DNA from: Pseudomonadota bacterium
GTDB lineage: Bacteria; Bdellovibrionota_B; Oligoflexia; Oligoflexales; CAIMVM01
Assembly: GCA_037142195.1 (NCBI GenBank)
Contig: JBAXBA010000052.1
Span: 1-25,381, forward strand
Length of the DNA: 25,381 nucleotides
Direction of reading: 5' to 3'
Each line of letters begins with the position of its first letter. Positions within the stretch are counted from its first letter, which is position 1. The notes beneath the pieces were generated by a model. That model did no database searches, had not been told where the DNA came from, and was given only the letters and a program-made list of their open reading frames with translations. Positions 1-9,818 of this stretch are shown in pieces. A program made the translations under genes and the position numbers.

Positions 1-54
1 TCTGAGAACATATCCGAGTTCGCAGGGGCGGGACACAATCTTTTACACACTACC
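1..54. mobile_element. Probable end (terminal inverted repeat) of an IS256-family insertion sequence; the element extends beyond the left window edge
   Basis: The minus strand reads GGTAGTGTGTAAAAGATTGTGTC from base 54 inward, which fits the IS256-family TIR pattern as I recall it (GG/A-x-x-x-TGT...TTGTGT). It begins right after the MCP codons S-Q-L-D and supplies the MCP's premature TAA stop. Confidence 0.65.
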
Positions 55-2025
55 ATCAAGTTGGCTCATGGCAGTAGTGACTTGAGCAATACCATCAGAC
101 TGTTCTTTAGAAGCTGTCGAAATTTGCTCTGACATTTTTCTCATTTTTTCGGCATTTTCACCAATCAATCGTAACTGTTTAGCAGTGTCTTGAATGACGT
201 GGTTACCGGTCTCGACTTTCGACTTGTTCTCACCAGCAATCTGCTCTGCGGTACGAATAGAATTTTTGACCTTGCTGGAAATCTCTTGAGCAGCTTTTCC
301 ACTCAGTTGGGCTAGATTTCCTACTTCTTGGGCAACCACTGCAAAGCCCCTACCGTGCTCTCCAGCTCTTTCAGCTTCCACACTAGCATTGAACGACAAG
401 AGCTTCGTTTGGAATACAATTTCATCAATGATCTCGGTCTTCTCTCCAATCTCTTCGATAAGTCTCACTAATTCCTGAATCTTTTCGTTGCTATCTAGCA
501 TACCTTTCATAGAAACAATGGCCTGGGCCATAGACTCATTGCCCTCGTTGGCTCCGCGTCGTACGAGTTCCGCGACATCCAAGCTTTTTAAGGCATGATC
601 GGCGTTATTCTTAACCATGGCACTAATCTCTTCGATAGAGGAAGCTGTCTCTTCAATAGCAGCTGCTTGTTCAGTTGCCATCTCACTTAGCTTTTGACTG
701 GTCTCACTCAAGGAGTGGGTCGCGCCCCCCATAATTTTAGAGGACTTGCCAAGTTCAGAAGCGACCTGTAGCAAAGGCTTCGCAATCGCGGTACCAAAAA
801 ACCATCCCACCACCAATGTTATGGCAATAGAAAATAAAAGAACGATGCCAATAGCGTGTCTAAAATTAGCTAGCGAAAGAAACGCTTCTTCTGTTTCCAT
901 AGTTGTAAGGACAATCCATTTATGACCTTGAAAATTAACTTCTAACGCATCTGCAACTACCTCTTTTCCCAAATAATCCGTTGTGATCATGGGCTCTACT
1001 TTTTCGGTAAGAGCTTTTTTAACATAGGGCATGTCTATGTAAGCGCGATCTTTATGAATCCAAGAATTTTTCAAACTTCTATTCTCTTTGTCTTTAAAAC
1101 TGTCATTTCTTGCTAGAAGGTCACTTCCAATTAAAAGAGACTCTCCTGTCGCACCTAATCCTGCGCGATCGTTCAGTGTCTTGCCGAGAACATCAATGGG
1201 GAGCTGATAGGCAAGAACTGCGACCAATTCCTCACCGTTGTAGATAGGAGTTGCTGCAAATCGTGCCGGTAGATCGTAGCTAGGCGGATAATTGTTAAAT
1301 TCTGTAGAAACGATCTCGCCTTTCTTGGCTTTAGTCGCCAAGCCAAATACCTTAGCCAAGTCGGTAGAAGCCCAAGGGCCGTCTAACAGATTGGAAGCAA
1401 AGTCAGTTTCTTTGAAAGCTGTATAAAAGACATAGCCCGATTTGGGGTCGATCAAGAAGACGTCATAGAGCCCATAATCAGTAACCATTCCGGCAAAGTG
1501 CTTGTGGGCTTCAGCGTGCACCGTATTGTAGGAAGTCTTATCCTTAGCAACGGAAAACTTAATTTTCTCGCCAGCAGGATAGGGGTTTTCAAAGATAAAT
1601 TGATTCGCCAAGTAAGCTTCAAGGGGATCAATCTTAGCTAGAGTCGAGCCAACGGCCCATTTGGTGCCGGTGTTCTTTTCGTAGAGTTGTGAAAACTCAC
1701 CGGTCATGTAATTGGCAAACTTTTCATCTAATTTTGCTAATCCCTTGACTGACTTTTGAAGTTCCACAAAAGCCTTTTTGAATTGAACGACGCGCTTGAT
1801 AGTATCCTCATTAGCTGCTGCTGAGGCTAACTGATTGCCCATGGTATCTAACTGCTCTTGAATAATTTTAGACTTCATGGAACTCACAGTTTTTAAGGAC
1901 TCTAGGGTATCTTTTATGGTTTCATTTCGAGTCTGCGTGTAGCTCACATAAGCAAGAATGAGAACGGGAATAACGCCAATAGCGAGAAACGTTAAGATAA
2001 GCTTGTTTTTAAGTGTTAAAACCAT
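43..2025 (-). pseudogene. Methyl-accepting chemotaxis protein (TM-dCache-like-TM-signalling domain, no obvious HAMP), C-terminally truncated by the IS
   Basis: Two hydrophobic TM segments, a large periplasmic domain ([10 protein letters not shown]...[10 protein letters not shown]), and hairpin tip [28 protein letters not shown]. The N-arm is ~138 aa, but only ~101 native aa follow the tip, so ~35 aa of the C-terminal methylation helix are missing. Confidence 0.8.
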
Positions 2026-2036
2026 AAATGTCTCCT

Positions 2037-2510
2037 TTAAGCAACTTTGGTTGATTTAAATATTTTAAATTCTGAATTATCGAATAGCTTCATAAGATCC
2101 AGCATGAGAACAAGCTGATCGTTTTTGTTGTCTTTGGCGACCCCAACGATGCCATCATGCTTGGCATCTACATCTTTCTTTGAAAAACTTTCCACCTCTT
2201 CCTCCTTAAATTGCGAAACCTCCTTAGCTGAATCAACGATAAGACCGAGTTGTATATCTCCCAACTCGACGATTACGATAACAGAAGACTTTGGATCATG
2301 GGGGATCTCCTTCATATTCAACTTTAGCCGCAGATCTATAATTGAAAGGATCTGACCCCTTATGTTGATAAGACCCTTATAGTAGGCAGGAACCCTTGGA
2401 AGTGGTGTGATAGGTAGTATGGCAACCACTTCCCTCACTATAGAGAGCGGTATAGCGTAATTAAGACTATCCAATGTGAACAACATCTGTTTTGGAGCTT
2501 TTCGATTCAT
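2037..2510 (-). CDS. cheW: Chemotaxis coupling protein CheW
   Basis: Motifs [28 protein letters not shown] and [10 protein letters not shown]. Overlaps the cheA stop by 4 nt. Confidence 0.93.
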   Translation of the reverse strand: MNRKAPKQMLFTLDSLNYAIPLSIVREVVAILPITPLPRVPAYYKGLINIRGQILSIIDLRLKLNMKEIPHDPKSSVIVIVELGDIQLGLIVDSAKEVSQFKEEEVESFSKKDVDAKHDGIVGVAKDNKNDQLVLMLDLMKLFDNSEFKIFKSTKVA

Positions 2511-3946
2511 GCTGCTATACCTTTCGATGCGATTATTTTCAGTAAATCGATAATGAGAGCAACTTTTCCATCGCCTAGTATGGTCCCGCCCGTGGCTTCT
2601 TTAACAAGTTTGGTTTCTGGTCCCATTTCTTTCAAAACAATTTGCTCTTGATAGAGAATGTCAGAAACGATGCAGGCAAACTTTTGATTTTCATGCTCTA
2701 CAACTAACGCTATATTCCTCATATCAGGCTTCTTCGTAAACTTATTCCCAAGGCGATCTCTCAAATCTACGAGTCTCATGAGCTCCTTATTGAACTCAAC
2801 GATAGTGCCTTTTTGATCGGACGAACGTCTGTTTTTGTTAGCATCAAGAGAGATTGTCTCCCTGTAATCTGTGTTAGGTATGACGTATTTATCTTCGCCT
2901 ATTTTAACAACGGTGCCGTTGAAAATGGCAAGGCTTAAAGGAATCTTAATGGTAAAGGTGGACCCTGAGCCATCGACAGAATCAATGTCTATAGTTCCTT
3001 TTAGCGATTTGACCTGTTGTTGAACGACGTCCATCCCAACCCCGCGGCCGGAGAATTCAGTTGTACTTGCCTTAGTGCTAAATCCGCTTGCAAAAATCAG
3101 CTTAAATATATCTTTAGTCTCTGGGACAAATCCTCTTTGCACGATGCCAGACGAATGAGCTTTTTCGAGAATTCTTTCTTTAGAAAGACCCTTTCCGTCA
3201 TCGGAAATCTTGATTTCAAAGTTGCTTCCCAAGCGACGGGCAGATATTTTTACAGTTCCGCTAGGCGATTTATTCTTTTGTTTACGTTCTTCTGGCATTT
3301 CAATGCCATGATCAACGCTATTTCGAACCATGTGAACTAAGGGGTCAATGAGTTGCTCAAGAATATTTTTGTCAATCTCATTATCGCCGCCTTCCAGCTT
3401 GATTTCCACCAATTTGTCCGTGGAAGTGGCCACATCTCTTACTGCACGACTGAGTCTTCCTAGAACGGAGGATACAGGCACCATTCTTAAACTTATGATC
3501 AAATTTTGTAAGCTTACACTTAGTTTTCTGAGCTGAGAGAGGATTTTTTCGGACTGATGCATATCGATGGGATCTTGAGCTAAATAATGTTCCAACGCAG
3601 ATTGAAGAATGATCTGTTCCCCAAATATATTTTGAATTTCTTCTATCTTAGAAAGATTGATTCGAATGGATTCTTCTGTTTTGGCTTTGCTATTAGCGCC
3701 GGCTGCTTGGGGAGCACCTGCACTTTGAGCGAGGGGCTCGCTGGCTATGCTTTGTGCTGACGCAACTTGGGGTTGCTGGCCTAAACTAAATTCTGGAGCC
3801 CCCAATTCTCGGGCTCCTGTATCGAAAGGCATGCTTGGTTCGGCGTGATTGGTATTTGATTCACTCGAGTCAGATTGGTGAGGCTTTTCTGAAGTAAAGT
3901 CAATGAAATTATTGTCAGAGGATGGAGGCTGCTGCGAAGTGTTCAA
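2507..3946 (-). CDS. cheA: CheA C-terminal part (low-complexity linker, dimerisation, HATPase, CheW-like P5), lacking the Hpt domain
   Basis: N box LVHMVRNSVDHGIE, G1 DDGKG, F box IFASGFST, G2 SGRGVGMDVV, P5 GTILGDGKVALIID. No Hpt. The TTG start is uncertain, and the frame is open upstream to ~4018. Confidence 0.85.
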   Translation of the reverse strand: MNTSQQPPSSDNNFIDFTSEKPHQSDSSESNTNHAEPSMPFDTGARELGAPEFSLGQQPQVASAQSIASEPLAQSAGAPQAAGANSKAKTEESIRINLSKIEEIQNIFGEQIILQSALEHYLAQDPIDMHQSEKILSQLRKLSVSLQNLIISLRMVPVSSVLGRLSRAVRDVATSTDKLVEIKLEGGDNEIDKNILEQLIDPLVHMVRNSVDHGIEMPEERKQKNKSPSGTVKISARRLGSNFEIKISDDGKGLSKERILEKAHSSGIVQRGFVPETKDIFKLIFASGFSTKASTTEFSGRGVGMDVVQQQVKSLKGTIDIDSVDGSGSTFTIKIPLSLAIFNGTVVKIGEDKYVIPNTDYRETISLDANKNRRSSDQKGTIVEFNKELMRLVDLRDRLGNKFTKKPDMRNIALVVEHENQKFACIVSDILYQEQIVLKEMGPETKLVKEATGGTILGDGKVALIIDLLKIIASKGIAA

Positions 3947-4377
3947 AGGAGTCTTTTGACTCGTAAGATAAGAGTAGAAGGAGATTGGGCAGCTAAGTGG
4001 AGATTGGCGATGGCTCGGTCATAAATCGAAGCGTCTTCGGTGCCATTTTGAATGGTTTCAGAGCCGGCCTTCATGGCGTCTAGGGCTTGCAAAAGAGCAT
4101 TTACAATCGCGAGACTTGGGCTTACTTTACCACTGCGAATTTCAGAAAGAATATTTTCCGCAGCATGAGCAAGCTTGGCCATAGCGTCTAGGCCAACCGC
4201 TCTACTGGATCCTTTGGTATTGTGCATCAGCCGAAAGATTTCATTAATACAATCCGCGTCAGCTGGGTTCTTTTCTAGAACCATAAATAGCGTCTCCATG
4301 CGGGACGCAGACTCTAAAAACTCCTCCAGGAAGGTATTTCTTAATATTATTGTAAATTCATCCATTTTTAGCTCCAT
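3943..4377 (-). CDS. CheA-type Hpt (P1) domain: a stand-alone ORF or the frameshifted 5' part of cheA
   Basis: FLEEF...INEIFRLMHNTKGSSRAVG...LAHAAENIL is a CheA P1 signature with the phospho-His intact. Confidence 0.85.
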   Translation of the reverse strand: MELKMDEFTIILRNTFLEEFLESASRMETLFMVLEKNPADADCINEIFRLMHNTKGSSRAVGLDAMAKLAHAAENILSEIRSGKVSPSLAIVNALLQALDAMKAGSETIQNGTEDASIYDRAIANLHLAAQSPSTLILRVKRLL

Positions 4378-4389
4378 CTTGCCTTTAAA

Positions 4390-4417
4390 TAGTCGACATG
4401 ATTTGATACAAACTTTA
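4390..4417 (-). promoter_or_regulatory. Candidate sigma-28 promoter of the left che operon
   Basis: Minus strand TAAAGTTT-N12-GTCGACTA, against consensus TAAAGTTT-N11-GCCGATAA. Spacer is one nt long. Confidence 0.5.
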
Positions 4418-4520
4418 TACTAAATGAATTCAGAAGGCGTAAGCTCCTGATATTTAGCAGCTATTTTTTTTAACTTTTCATGTCGTGCCGATAGAATTAC
4501 AAATACTAAGTGAGGTCGTT

Positions 4521-4937
4521 GTGTCCTTTAAAATTTTGATCGTAGATGATGACGAAGATATAAGGGAGTTACTGGAAAGTGTCGCGGGCTCTTACTTTAA
4601 AGAACAAGAAACCGCGGAATTTTTTCAGGTATCCAATGGCCTAGAGGCGCTGAATTCGTGTTTCGAGCGAAAGTATGATCTTGTTTTTTGTGATATTAAA
4701 ATGCCACAGATGGATGGACTTTCCTTTTTGCAGACTCTTAGAAAAAGTGACAGTAAGAATGCTGAAGCATTTGTAATATTGGTTTCGGGATTTATGGGAT
4801 CTGTAGAGGCTAAAAACGGTCAAGGATTGGAAAATACTTATCTGTTAGAAAAACCATTTTCGACAAAGTCAATTGGCACGGCCATGAATATCTGGAAGGC
4901 TTTATGGTTGAAAGAAATGAAGTCCCTATCTGCTTAA
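4521..4937 (+). CDS. Single-domain response regulator (CheY-like), copy 1
   Basis: ILIVDDD, FCDIKMPQMDG, LVSG, EKPF. I prefer the GTG start at 4521 over 4485 because it follows AAGTGAGG and gives 138 aa, collinear with the paralog. Confidence 0.9.
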   Translation: MSFKILIVDDDEDIRELLESVAGSYFKEQETAEFFQVSNGLEALNSCFERKYDLVFCDIKMPQMDGLSFLQTLRKSDSKNAEAFVILVSGFMGSVEAKNGQGLENTYLLEKPFSTKSIGTAMNIWKALWLKEMKSLSA

Positions 4938-5127
4938 GATTGCACACGGCGGATTGTTTCGCGCAGCAGTGTCTATTTTTAGCCATAGACTGACATCTAT
5001 TTTAAATGGGTCCCTTTTCCGGCCCGTTTCTGCGGGCTCTAATTGTGGAATCCCCATAACAGAGGGGTAATATGCTGCTTAGACTTAGAGTGAGGACTGA
5101 TACGCTGTTTTTGCCGGGTTTCTTAGG

Positions 5128-5154
5128 TAAGATTTTTTAGGTCAATTCCGATCC
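5128..5154 (+). promoter_or_regulatory. Candidate sigma-28 promoter for response regulator copy 2
   Basis: TAAG-N15-TCCGATCC, 26 nt upstream of the start. Confidence 0.4.
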
Positions 5155-5180
5155 GTTTATAAATATAAAGTGAGGCAGTT

Positions 5181-5597
5181 GTGTCATATAAAATTTTGCT
5201 CGTAGATGATTATGAAGATATTAGAGAGATTGTTCAAGATGTGGCCGAATCATTTTTTAAAGAAAATGAAAAGCCAGAGTTTTTTCAAGTATCAAATGGG
5301 CTCGAGGCACTTAATTCTTGCTTCAAACAACAGTATGATTTAATTTTTTGTGATATTAAAATGCCGCAAATGGATGGACTTTCTTTTTTACGGTCGCTAA
5401 GAAAGAGCCAGAGTATGAACTCTGAAACATTTGTTATAATGGTCACTGGCTACATCGGGGTTATACATGCAGATATGGATCAAGGATTGGAAAATACCTA
5501 CCTGGTAGAAAAACCGTTTTCTGATAAATCAGTTATAAATGCAATGAATATCTGGATGGGAATAAAATTGAGGAGCTCCAAAGAGAAATCGTCCTAG
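5181..5597 (+). CDS. Single-domain response regulator (CheY-like), copy 2
   Basis: ILLVDDY, FCDIKMPQMDG, MVTG, EKPF. 91/138 residues identical to copy 1 by manual alignment. Confidence 0.92.
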   Translation: MSYKILLVDDYEDIREIVQDVAESFFKENEKPEFFQVSNGLEALNSCFKQQYDLIFCDIKMPQMDGLSFLRSLRKSQSMNSETFVIMVTGYIGVIHADMDQGLENTYLVEKPFSDKSVINAMNIWMGIKLRSSKEKSS

Positions 5598-5667
5598 ACC
5601 TATTCTGCTGCGCTGGATGTAACTGTTACAAGTCTACTTGAAAAGTACTTTGCTATTTCGATTATAA

Positions 5668-5699
5668 TTCGCGGCTAGGAAGGACTTCTTAGCCGCGAA
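5668..5699. terminator. Strong stem-loop between the convergent regulator and tRNA-Leu transcripts; possible terminator
   Basis: TTCGCGGCTAGGAA-GGAC-TTCTTAGCCGCGAA (14 bp with one G-U) in AT-rich flanks. No clean U tract. Confidence 0.5.
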
Positions 5700-5904
5700 A
5701 ATTATATGGTTTGTGATTTTATGGAAGTAGCTTGAAAAGTGAGAATTGCTTCTAATTATTTTAATGCCAATAGCATGATTCCATAAGGCAGTTGTTTGCT
5801 TCTCTTGGCTCCTCTCAATTAAAATATTACGAGACCTCAGAGTAAATTAGGTTTTTGTAGCGTAATTGAAGGAAAATTCGATTTAGGACAATCTATTAAG
5901 ATTG

Positions 5905-5989
5905 TGGTGGGGACGAAGAGACTCGAACTCTTACACCTCTCGGCACTGGCTTCTAAGACCAGCGTGTCTACCAATTCCACCACATCCCC
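5905..5989 (-). tRNA. tRNA-Leu (anticodon TAG)
   Basis: GGGGATG/CGTCCCC acceptor stem, GGAATTGGTAGAC D-arm, CTGGT-CTTAGAA-GCCAG anticodon arm, long variable arm, AAGAG-TTCGAGT-CTCTT T-arm, encoded CCA. Confidence 0.97.
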
Positions 5990-6000
5990 GGCGGACTGGC

Positions 6001-6029
6001 AATCTACGTATTTAGATGCAATCGGTCAA
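6001..6029 (-). promoter_or_regulatory. Sigma-70 promoter of tRNA-Leu
   Basis: TTGACC-N17-TAGATT followed by a GC-rich discriminator (GCCAGTCCGC), typical of stable-RNA promoters. Confidence 0.7.
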
Positions 6030-6036
6030 GGTTTTT

Positions 6037-6765
6037 TTAGTAGGCGCTTTTTGTTATAAATAATCGGAGGGTTACTCCACCGATCCGAACTCTGTCGTCA
6101 GAATTTACCGGCTGCAGGCCTGAGGTTCTGATTTCATTGATAAAGACGCCGTTGGTTGCCCCTTGGTCCTCAACAAAGATTTGGCCTGTATTCGCTACTT
6201 TAATTTTCAAATGCTTTCTGGAAATCTCAGTATCAAATTCAAATTTTCCAAAACTCGAGGTTCGGTCGATGTAGACTACTTCTTGGTTGAACGAAAGGAC
6301 TTCCTTTGTTTTGTCCCGATAGGTGACTTCAATCTTTAATGTGGGAGTCCTTTGATAGGCTAGTCCATTCTCAATAAAAGTCTCGACGACACTTATTTTT
6401 GAGTCGTCTCGATTTTGAGCATTGTTTTTTAGGACTGATGATATGTGTTGGGTTGCGGTTTCTTCTTCCATAACAAACTTCATTACGGTTTGACCTATGG
6501 TAATGGAATCTCCATCTTCTAATTTCTTTCGAACAATCCTTTCATTGTTGACCCAAGTGCCATTCGTGGAGTTCATATCAAAGACATGGTAAACGCCGTT
6601 TACGCTTTGAATTTGGCAGTGAGTAGATGAAATTTCTTTATCTCGAATAATGAAATCGCCCTTAGATCTTCCAAATATTGTGGCATCTGTCCTAAGCTTG
6701 ATCGCGTCAGACGTGCCGTCTGCAAATGCAAGATGGAGAATAGCTCGTAGTCTTTTTGCGCTCAT
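6037..6765 (-). CDS. Tandem FHA-domain protein
   Basis: FHA1: FGRS...ISSTH...DMNSTNGTWVN. FHA2: IDRT...ISRKH...DQGATNGVFIN. Confidence 0.88.
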   Translation of the reverse strand: MSAKRLRAILHLAFADGTSDAIKLRTDATIFGRSKGDFIIRDKEISSTHCQIQSVNGVYHVFDMNSTNGTWVNNERIVRKKLEDGDSITIGQTVMKFVMEEETATQHISSVLKNNAQNRDDSKISVVETFIENGLAYQRTPTLKIEVTYRDKTKEVLSFNQEVVYIDRTSSFGKFEFDTEISRKHLKIKVANTGQIFVEDQGATNGVFINEIRTSGLQPVNSDDRVRIGGVTLRLFITKSAY

Positions 6766-6792
6766 GGGTATCCAGTTGGTCTATTTGTCTAT

Positions 6793-6819
6793 TAATCGGC
6801 AATATAATTTGAGGCCTTA
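6793..6819 (-). promoter_or_regulatory. Sigma-28 promoter upstream of the FHA gene
   Basis: TAAG-N15-GCCGATTA, close to consensus. Confidence 0.7.
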
Positions 6820-6830
6820 AGTGGAATAAG

Positions 6831-6860
6831 TTGACCAAACTCATAGAATTGGAATATCTT
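6831..6860 (+). promoter_or_regulatory. Candidate sigma-70 promoter of the DUF1844 gene
   Basis: TTGACC-N18-TATCTT. Confidence 0.35.
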
Positions 6861-6892
6861 TTAGACATAGTAGCTAGTTAGAGGAGCCATTA

Positions 6893-7156
6893 ATGAATAC
6901 GAATCAGGAGACAACGCAATTTTCGCAGCTCATTTTAGGCTTTTCTTCTGCGGCTCTCTATTCACTCGGTAAGGTGGATGTCGAAGATCGAAAGATCAAT
7001 AGGGTTAATTTGCCGCTAGCTAAGCACAACATTGATATTTTGGAAATGATTAGGGAAAAAACAAAAGGGAATCTTTCGGCCGAGGAAAGCACTCTTCTCC
7101 TTCAGGTGATTCATGATCTTAAGATCAAGTTTGTAGAAGCAACTTCGGAAAATTAA
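6893..7156 (+). CDS. DUF1844-family protein
   Basis: FSQLILGFSSAALYSLG...NLPLAKHNIDILEMIREKTKGNL matches the DUF1844 signature as I recall it. GAGGAG RBS. Confidence 0.8.
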   Translation: MNTNQETTQFSQLILGFSSAALYSLGKVDVEDRKINRVNLPLAKHNIDILEMIREKTKGNLSAEESTLLLQVIHDLKIKFVEATSEN

Positions 7157-7163
7157 TCCGACC

Positions 7164-7190
7164 TAAACTATTCTCGTCGTTTGCCGAAGG
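7164..7190 (+). promoter_or_regulatory. Sigma-28 promoter upstream of the clpB-like gene
   Basis: TAAA-N15-GCCGAAGG. Confidence 0.6.
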
Positions 7191-7217
7191 TTTTAAGATA
7201 AAAGCCCGAGGTTACTG

Positions 7218-9818
7218 ATGGATGTGTCTCGATATAATTATAATTGTCAAAAAGCATTGCACTTGGGTTGGCGTCTCGCTCGCAAGCTTACCCACGCAGA
7301 ACTTGAAGTGGAGCATGTGGCGCTCGCATTTATTCAAAATGGCATTATAGAGTTACCAAGTAAAGAAAGTCTTGAGAAGGTTCTAAATGCTTTTTTAGCG
7401 AGTCGGCCGAGGGTTATGGGCACAACTCGCGTGGAATTTGGTAAGAGGCTAGATAGGGCATTAGATAAAGCAGAAAGCGAGATGACCGTTGTCGATGAAC
7501 GGCTCCTCTGGAGCAAGTTAGTGGAGCAAAGTACTCTCTTGAAGAATGGCACCTACAGTAAAGATCAAGATGGTCATATAGAGGCTCATCAGTTTCAAAA
7601 TGATTTTTCTGAAGATAAGTCTGGAGTGGAAAAAAATAAAAATCGAACAGCAAATAAAGGAGCCGATCCGTCTGACACTAAAAAGAGTGCCGACCTCTCA
7701 AAATACACAATTGATCTTACAGAACAAGCGGAACGAGGAGATATCGATCCGGTCGTGGGAAGAGATTTTGAAGTGAGACGACTTTTGGAGGTTCTTTCTA
7801 GAAAGAGAAAGAACAATCCAGTTTTGGTAGGAGCTGCAGGAGTAGGGAAGACAGCCATCGTGGAAAGTTTAGCAAAAAGAATTGTCGATGGTAATGTGCC
7901 AGATCTATTTAAAGGAAAACGCGTTCTATCACTTGATATTACTTCTATGTTAGCGGGAGCGAGATATAGAGGCGACTTTGAAGAAAGGCTGAAGGGGGTC
8001 ATTGAAGCGGTTAAGGCAGATAGGCGTGGAATTATTCTCTTCATTGACGAGCTTCATATGCTGGTTGGTGCCGGTAAGGGAGAGGGTTCCATGGACGCCG
8101 CGAATATTTTGAAGCCAGCCCTTGCAAGGGGCGAACTGAGCTGTATTGGTGCGACGACTGTGGATGAATACCGAAAGCATATTGAAGCGGACCCCGCTTT
8201 GGAACGGCGTTTTCAACCGGTAGCTGCAAGAGAGCCCACTCCGAATGTGGCTATGGGTATCCTTCGAGGAATTAAAAAGACTTACGAAGTCCATCATGCC
8301 GTTCAAATTGATGATGAGGCGATTCGTGCAGCGATCGATCTCTCTGTCAGATTTCTGCCGGATCGTCGCTTACCAGATAAGGCAATCGATTTACTGGACG
8401 AAGCGGCTAGCAAGATGCGCCTTCAAGTAGAGAGCGCCCCGGCAGTATTGGAAGATCTAGAGTCAAAAGCGGCGCGATTTGAAGTGGAAATACGAATACT
8501 TGCAAAAGATAAGAATGCCGATAAGCAGCGCATTGAGCTTTCTGCTGCTCTCGCAATGGTGAAGAAAGAGTTAGAGGCAGTTCGCGAAGTATGGGCAACC
8601 CATAAGTCACTTCTAAATCATTTGCGCGTCGTAGATGCAAGACTATCTGGTGCTCAAGAGTTGTCTGAGTCTTTGCAGCGTGAACGGTTCTATTCCAATG
8701 CGGCGGACATGGAAGTAGACACAATACCTATTTTGAAGATGAAAGCTGAGCAATACAGAAGCGATCTGACTCAAATGGAAAAAAAGTCGCCTTGGCTTAG
8801 ACAAACTGTGGGCAGGCCAGAGATTGCCCATGTAGTTGCTCAGTGGACCTCGATTCCGGTCGAGAAAATACTGGCAGATCGTTCAGTGGTTTTGGAGGAT
8901 TTGAAAGAGAGACTTGGGCGTAAAGTTGTGGGTCAACCAAATGCCATTAGCCTAGTAACTAAAGCGGTACGTCGCTCCTATTCAGGCTTAGAAGTCAGCA
9001 AGCGTCCTCTCGGAATTTTTATGTTTATTGGGCCGACAGGGGTAGGCAAGACAGAACTTGCCAGATCTTTGGCAGAGGAACTTTTTAACGATTCCAAAAA
9101 TTTCATACGATTTGATATGTCTGAGTTTATGGAACAACATACCGTATCGAGACTCATTGGCAGCCCTCCTGGTTATGTGGGCTTTGGTGACGCTGGGGAG
9201 CTTACAGAGAAGGTGAGGCGCTACCCCTATTCTGTCGTGCTCTTTGATGAAGTCGAAAAAGCTCACCCCCGGGTGTTAGACCTTTTGCTGCAAGTCTTTG
9301 ACGAAGGTCGACTTACGGACTCTAGTGGTCGTCTGGTGGACTTTCAAAACACTTTCCTAATTTTAACCTCAAATTTGTTGCATGAATGGACCAAATTTGG
9401 TTCCGTCCATCCTGATGATTTGCGCCACGAACTCGCTAGGATTTTGAGGCCGGAGCTGGTGAACCGAATTGATGAAGTCGTGCCATTTAAGCCTCTCAGT
9501 TTTGAGGCTTACCAAGCTGTTTTAAGCAATCGTCTGGCTAATTTGAATCGTGGGCTAGCGTCTCGGTCTTTGAGGATAACTTTGAGTGAGAAGATTTGCT
9601 CGGAAATTCTAAAAGGAGTTTCAACAGAGGGCGAGTTTGGAGCAAGAGAAATTCATCGCAGATTTAGAACGTTAGTGGAAGATGCCATTACGGACCGAGT
9701 GCTAGATCAAGGGCCCAACTTTACGGGCGCCTGGCTGTTGGATCTGAATGAGGATTTAGAGTCCAAGTGGTCCCTAGAAGATAAGCCTTCCACTTATTTA
9801 AAGGCTTCTGGAGTATAG
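7218..9818 (+). CDS. clpB: ClpB-like Hsp100 AAA+ chaperone with a short N domain and divergent middle domain
   Basis: NBD1: [16 protein letters not shown], pore loop [20 protein letters not shown]. Long coiled-coil M domain. NBD2: [23 protein letters not shown]. Confidence 0.8.
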   Translation: MDVSRYNYNCQKALHLGWRLARKLTHAELEVEHVALAFIQNGIIELPSKESLEKVLNAFLASRPRVMGTTRVEFGKRLDRALDKAESEMTVVDERLLWSKLVEQSTLLKNGTYSKDQDGHIEAHQFQNDFSEDKSGVEKNKNRTANKGADPSDTKKSADLSKYTIDLTEQAERGDIDPVVGRDFEVRRLLEVLSRKRKNNPVLVGAAGVGKTAIVESLAKRIVDGNVPDLFKGKRVLSLDITSMLAGARYRGDFEERLKGVIEAVKADRRGIILFIDELHMLVGAGKGEGSMDAANILKPALARGELSCIGATTVDEYRKHIEADPALERRFQPVAAREPTPNVAMGILRGIKKTYEVHHAVQIDDEAIRAAIDLSVRFLPDRRLPDKAIDLLDEAASKMRLQVESAPAVLEDLESKAARFEVEIRILAKDKNADKQRIELSAALAMVKKELEAVREVWATHKSLLNHLRVVDARLSGAQELSESLQRERFYSNAADMEVDTIPILKMKAEQYRSDLTQMEKKSPWLRQTVGRPEIAHVVAQWTSIPVEKILADRSVVLEDLKERLGRKVVGQPNAISLVTKAVRRSYSGLEVSKRPLGIFMFIGPTGVGKTELARSLAEELFNDSKNFIRFDMSEFMEQHTVSRLIGSPPGYVGFGDAGELTEKVRRYPYSVVLFDEVEKAHPRVLDLLLQVFDEGRLTDSSGRLVDFQNTFLILTSNLLHEWTKFGSVHPDDLRHELARILRPELVNRIDEVVPFKPLSFEAYQAVLSNRLANLNRGLASRSLRITLSEKICSEILKGVSTEGEFGAREIHRRFRTLVEDAITDRVLDQGPNFTGAWLLDLNEDLESKWSLEDKPSTYLKASGV

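Noticed and set aside
3950..3965. Programmed -1 frameshift signal in cheA
   Set aside because: GTCAAAAGAC is not a canonical slippery heptamer, and no clear stimulatory structure was seen.
5600..5905. Genomic island integrated at the tRNA-Leu 3' end
   Set aside because: No integrase, and I found no duplicate of the tRNA 3' end in the window.
6037..9818. Type VI secretion locus (Fha plus ClpV)
   Set aside because: No hcp, vgrG or tss genes in the window. The ATPase has a ClpB-type middle domain and sits among tRNA and housekeeping genes.
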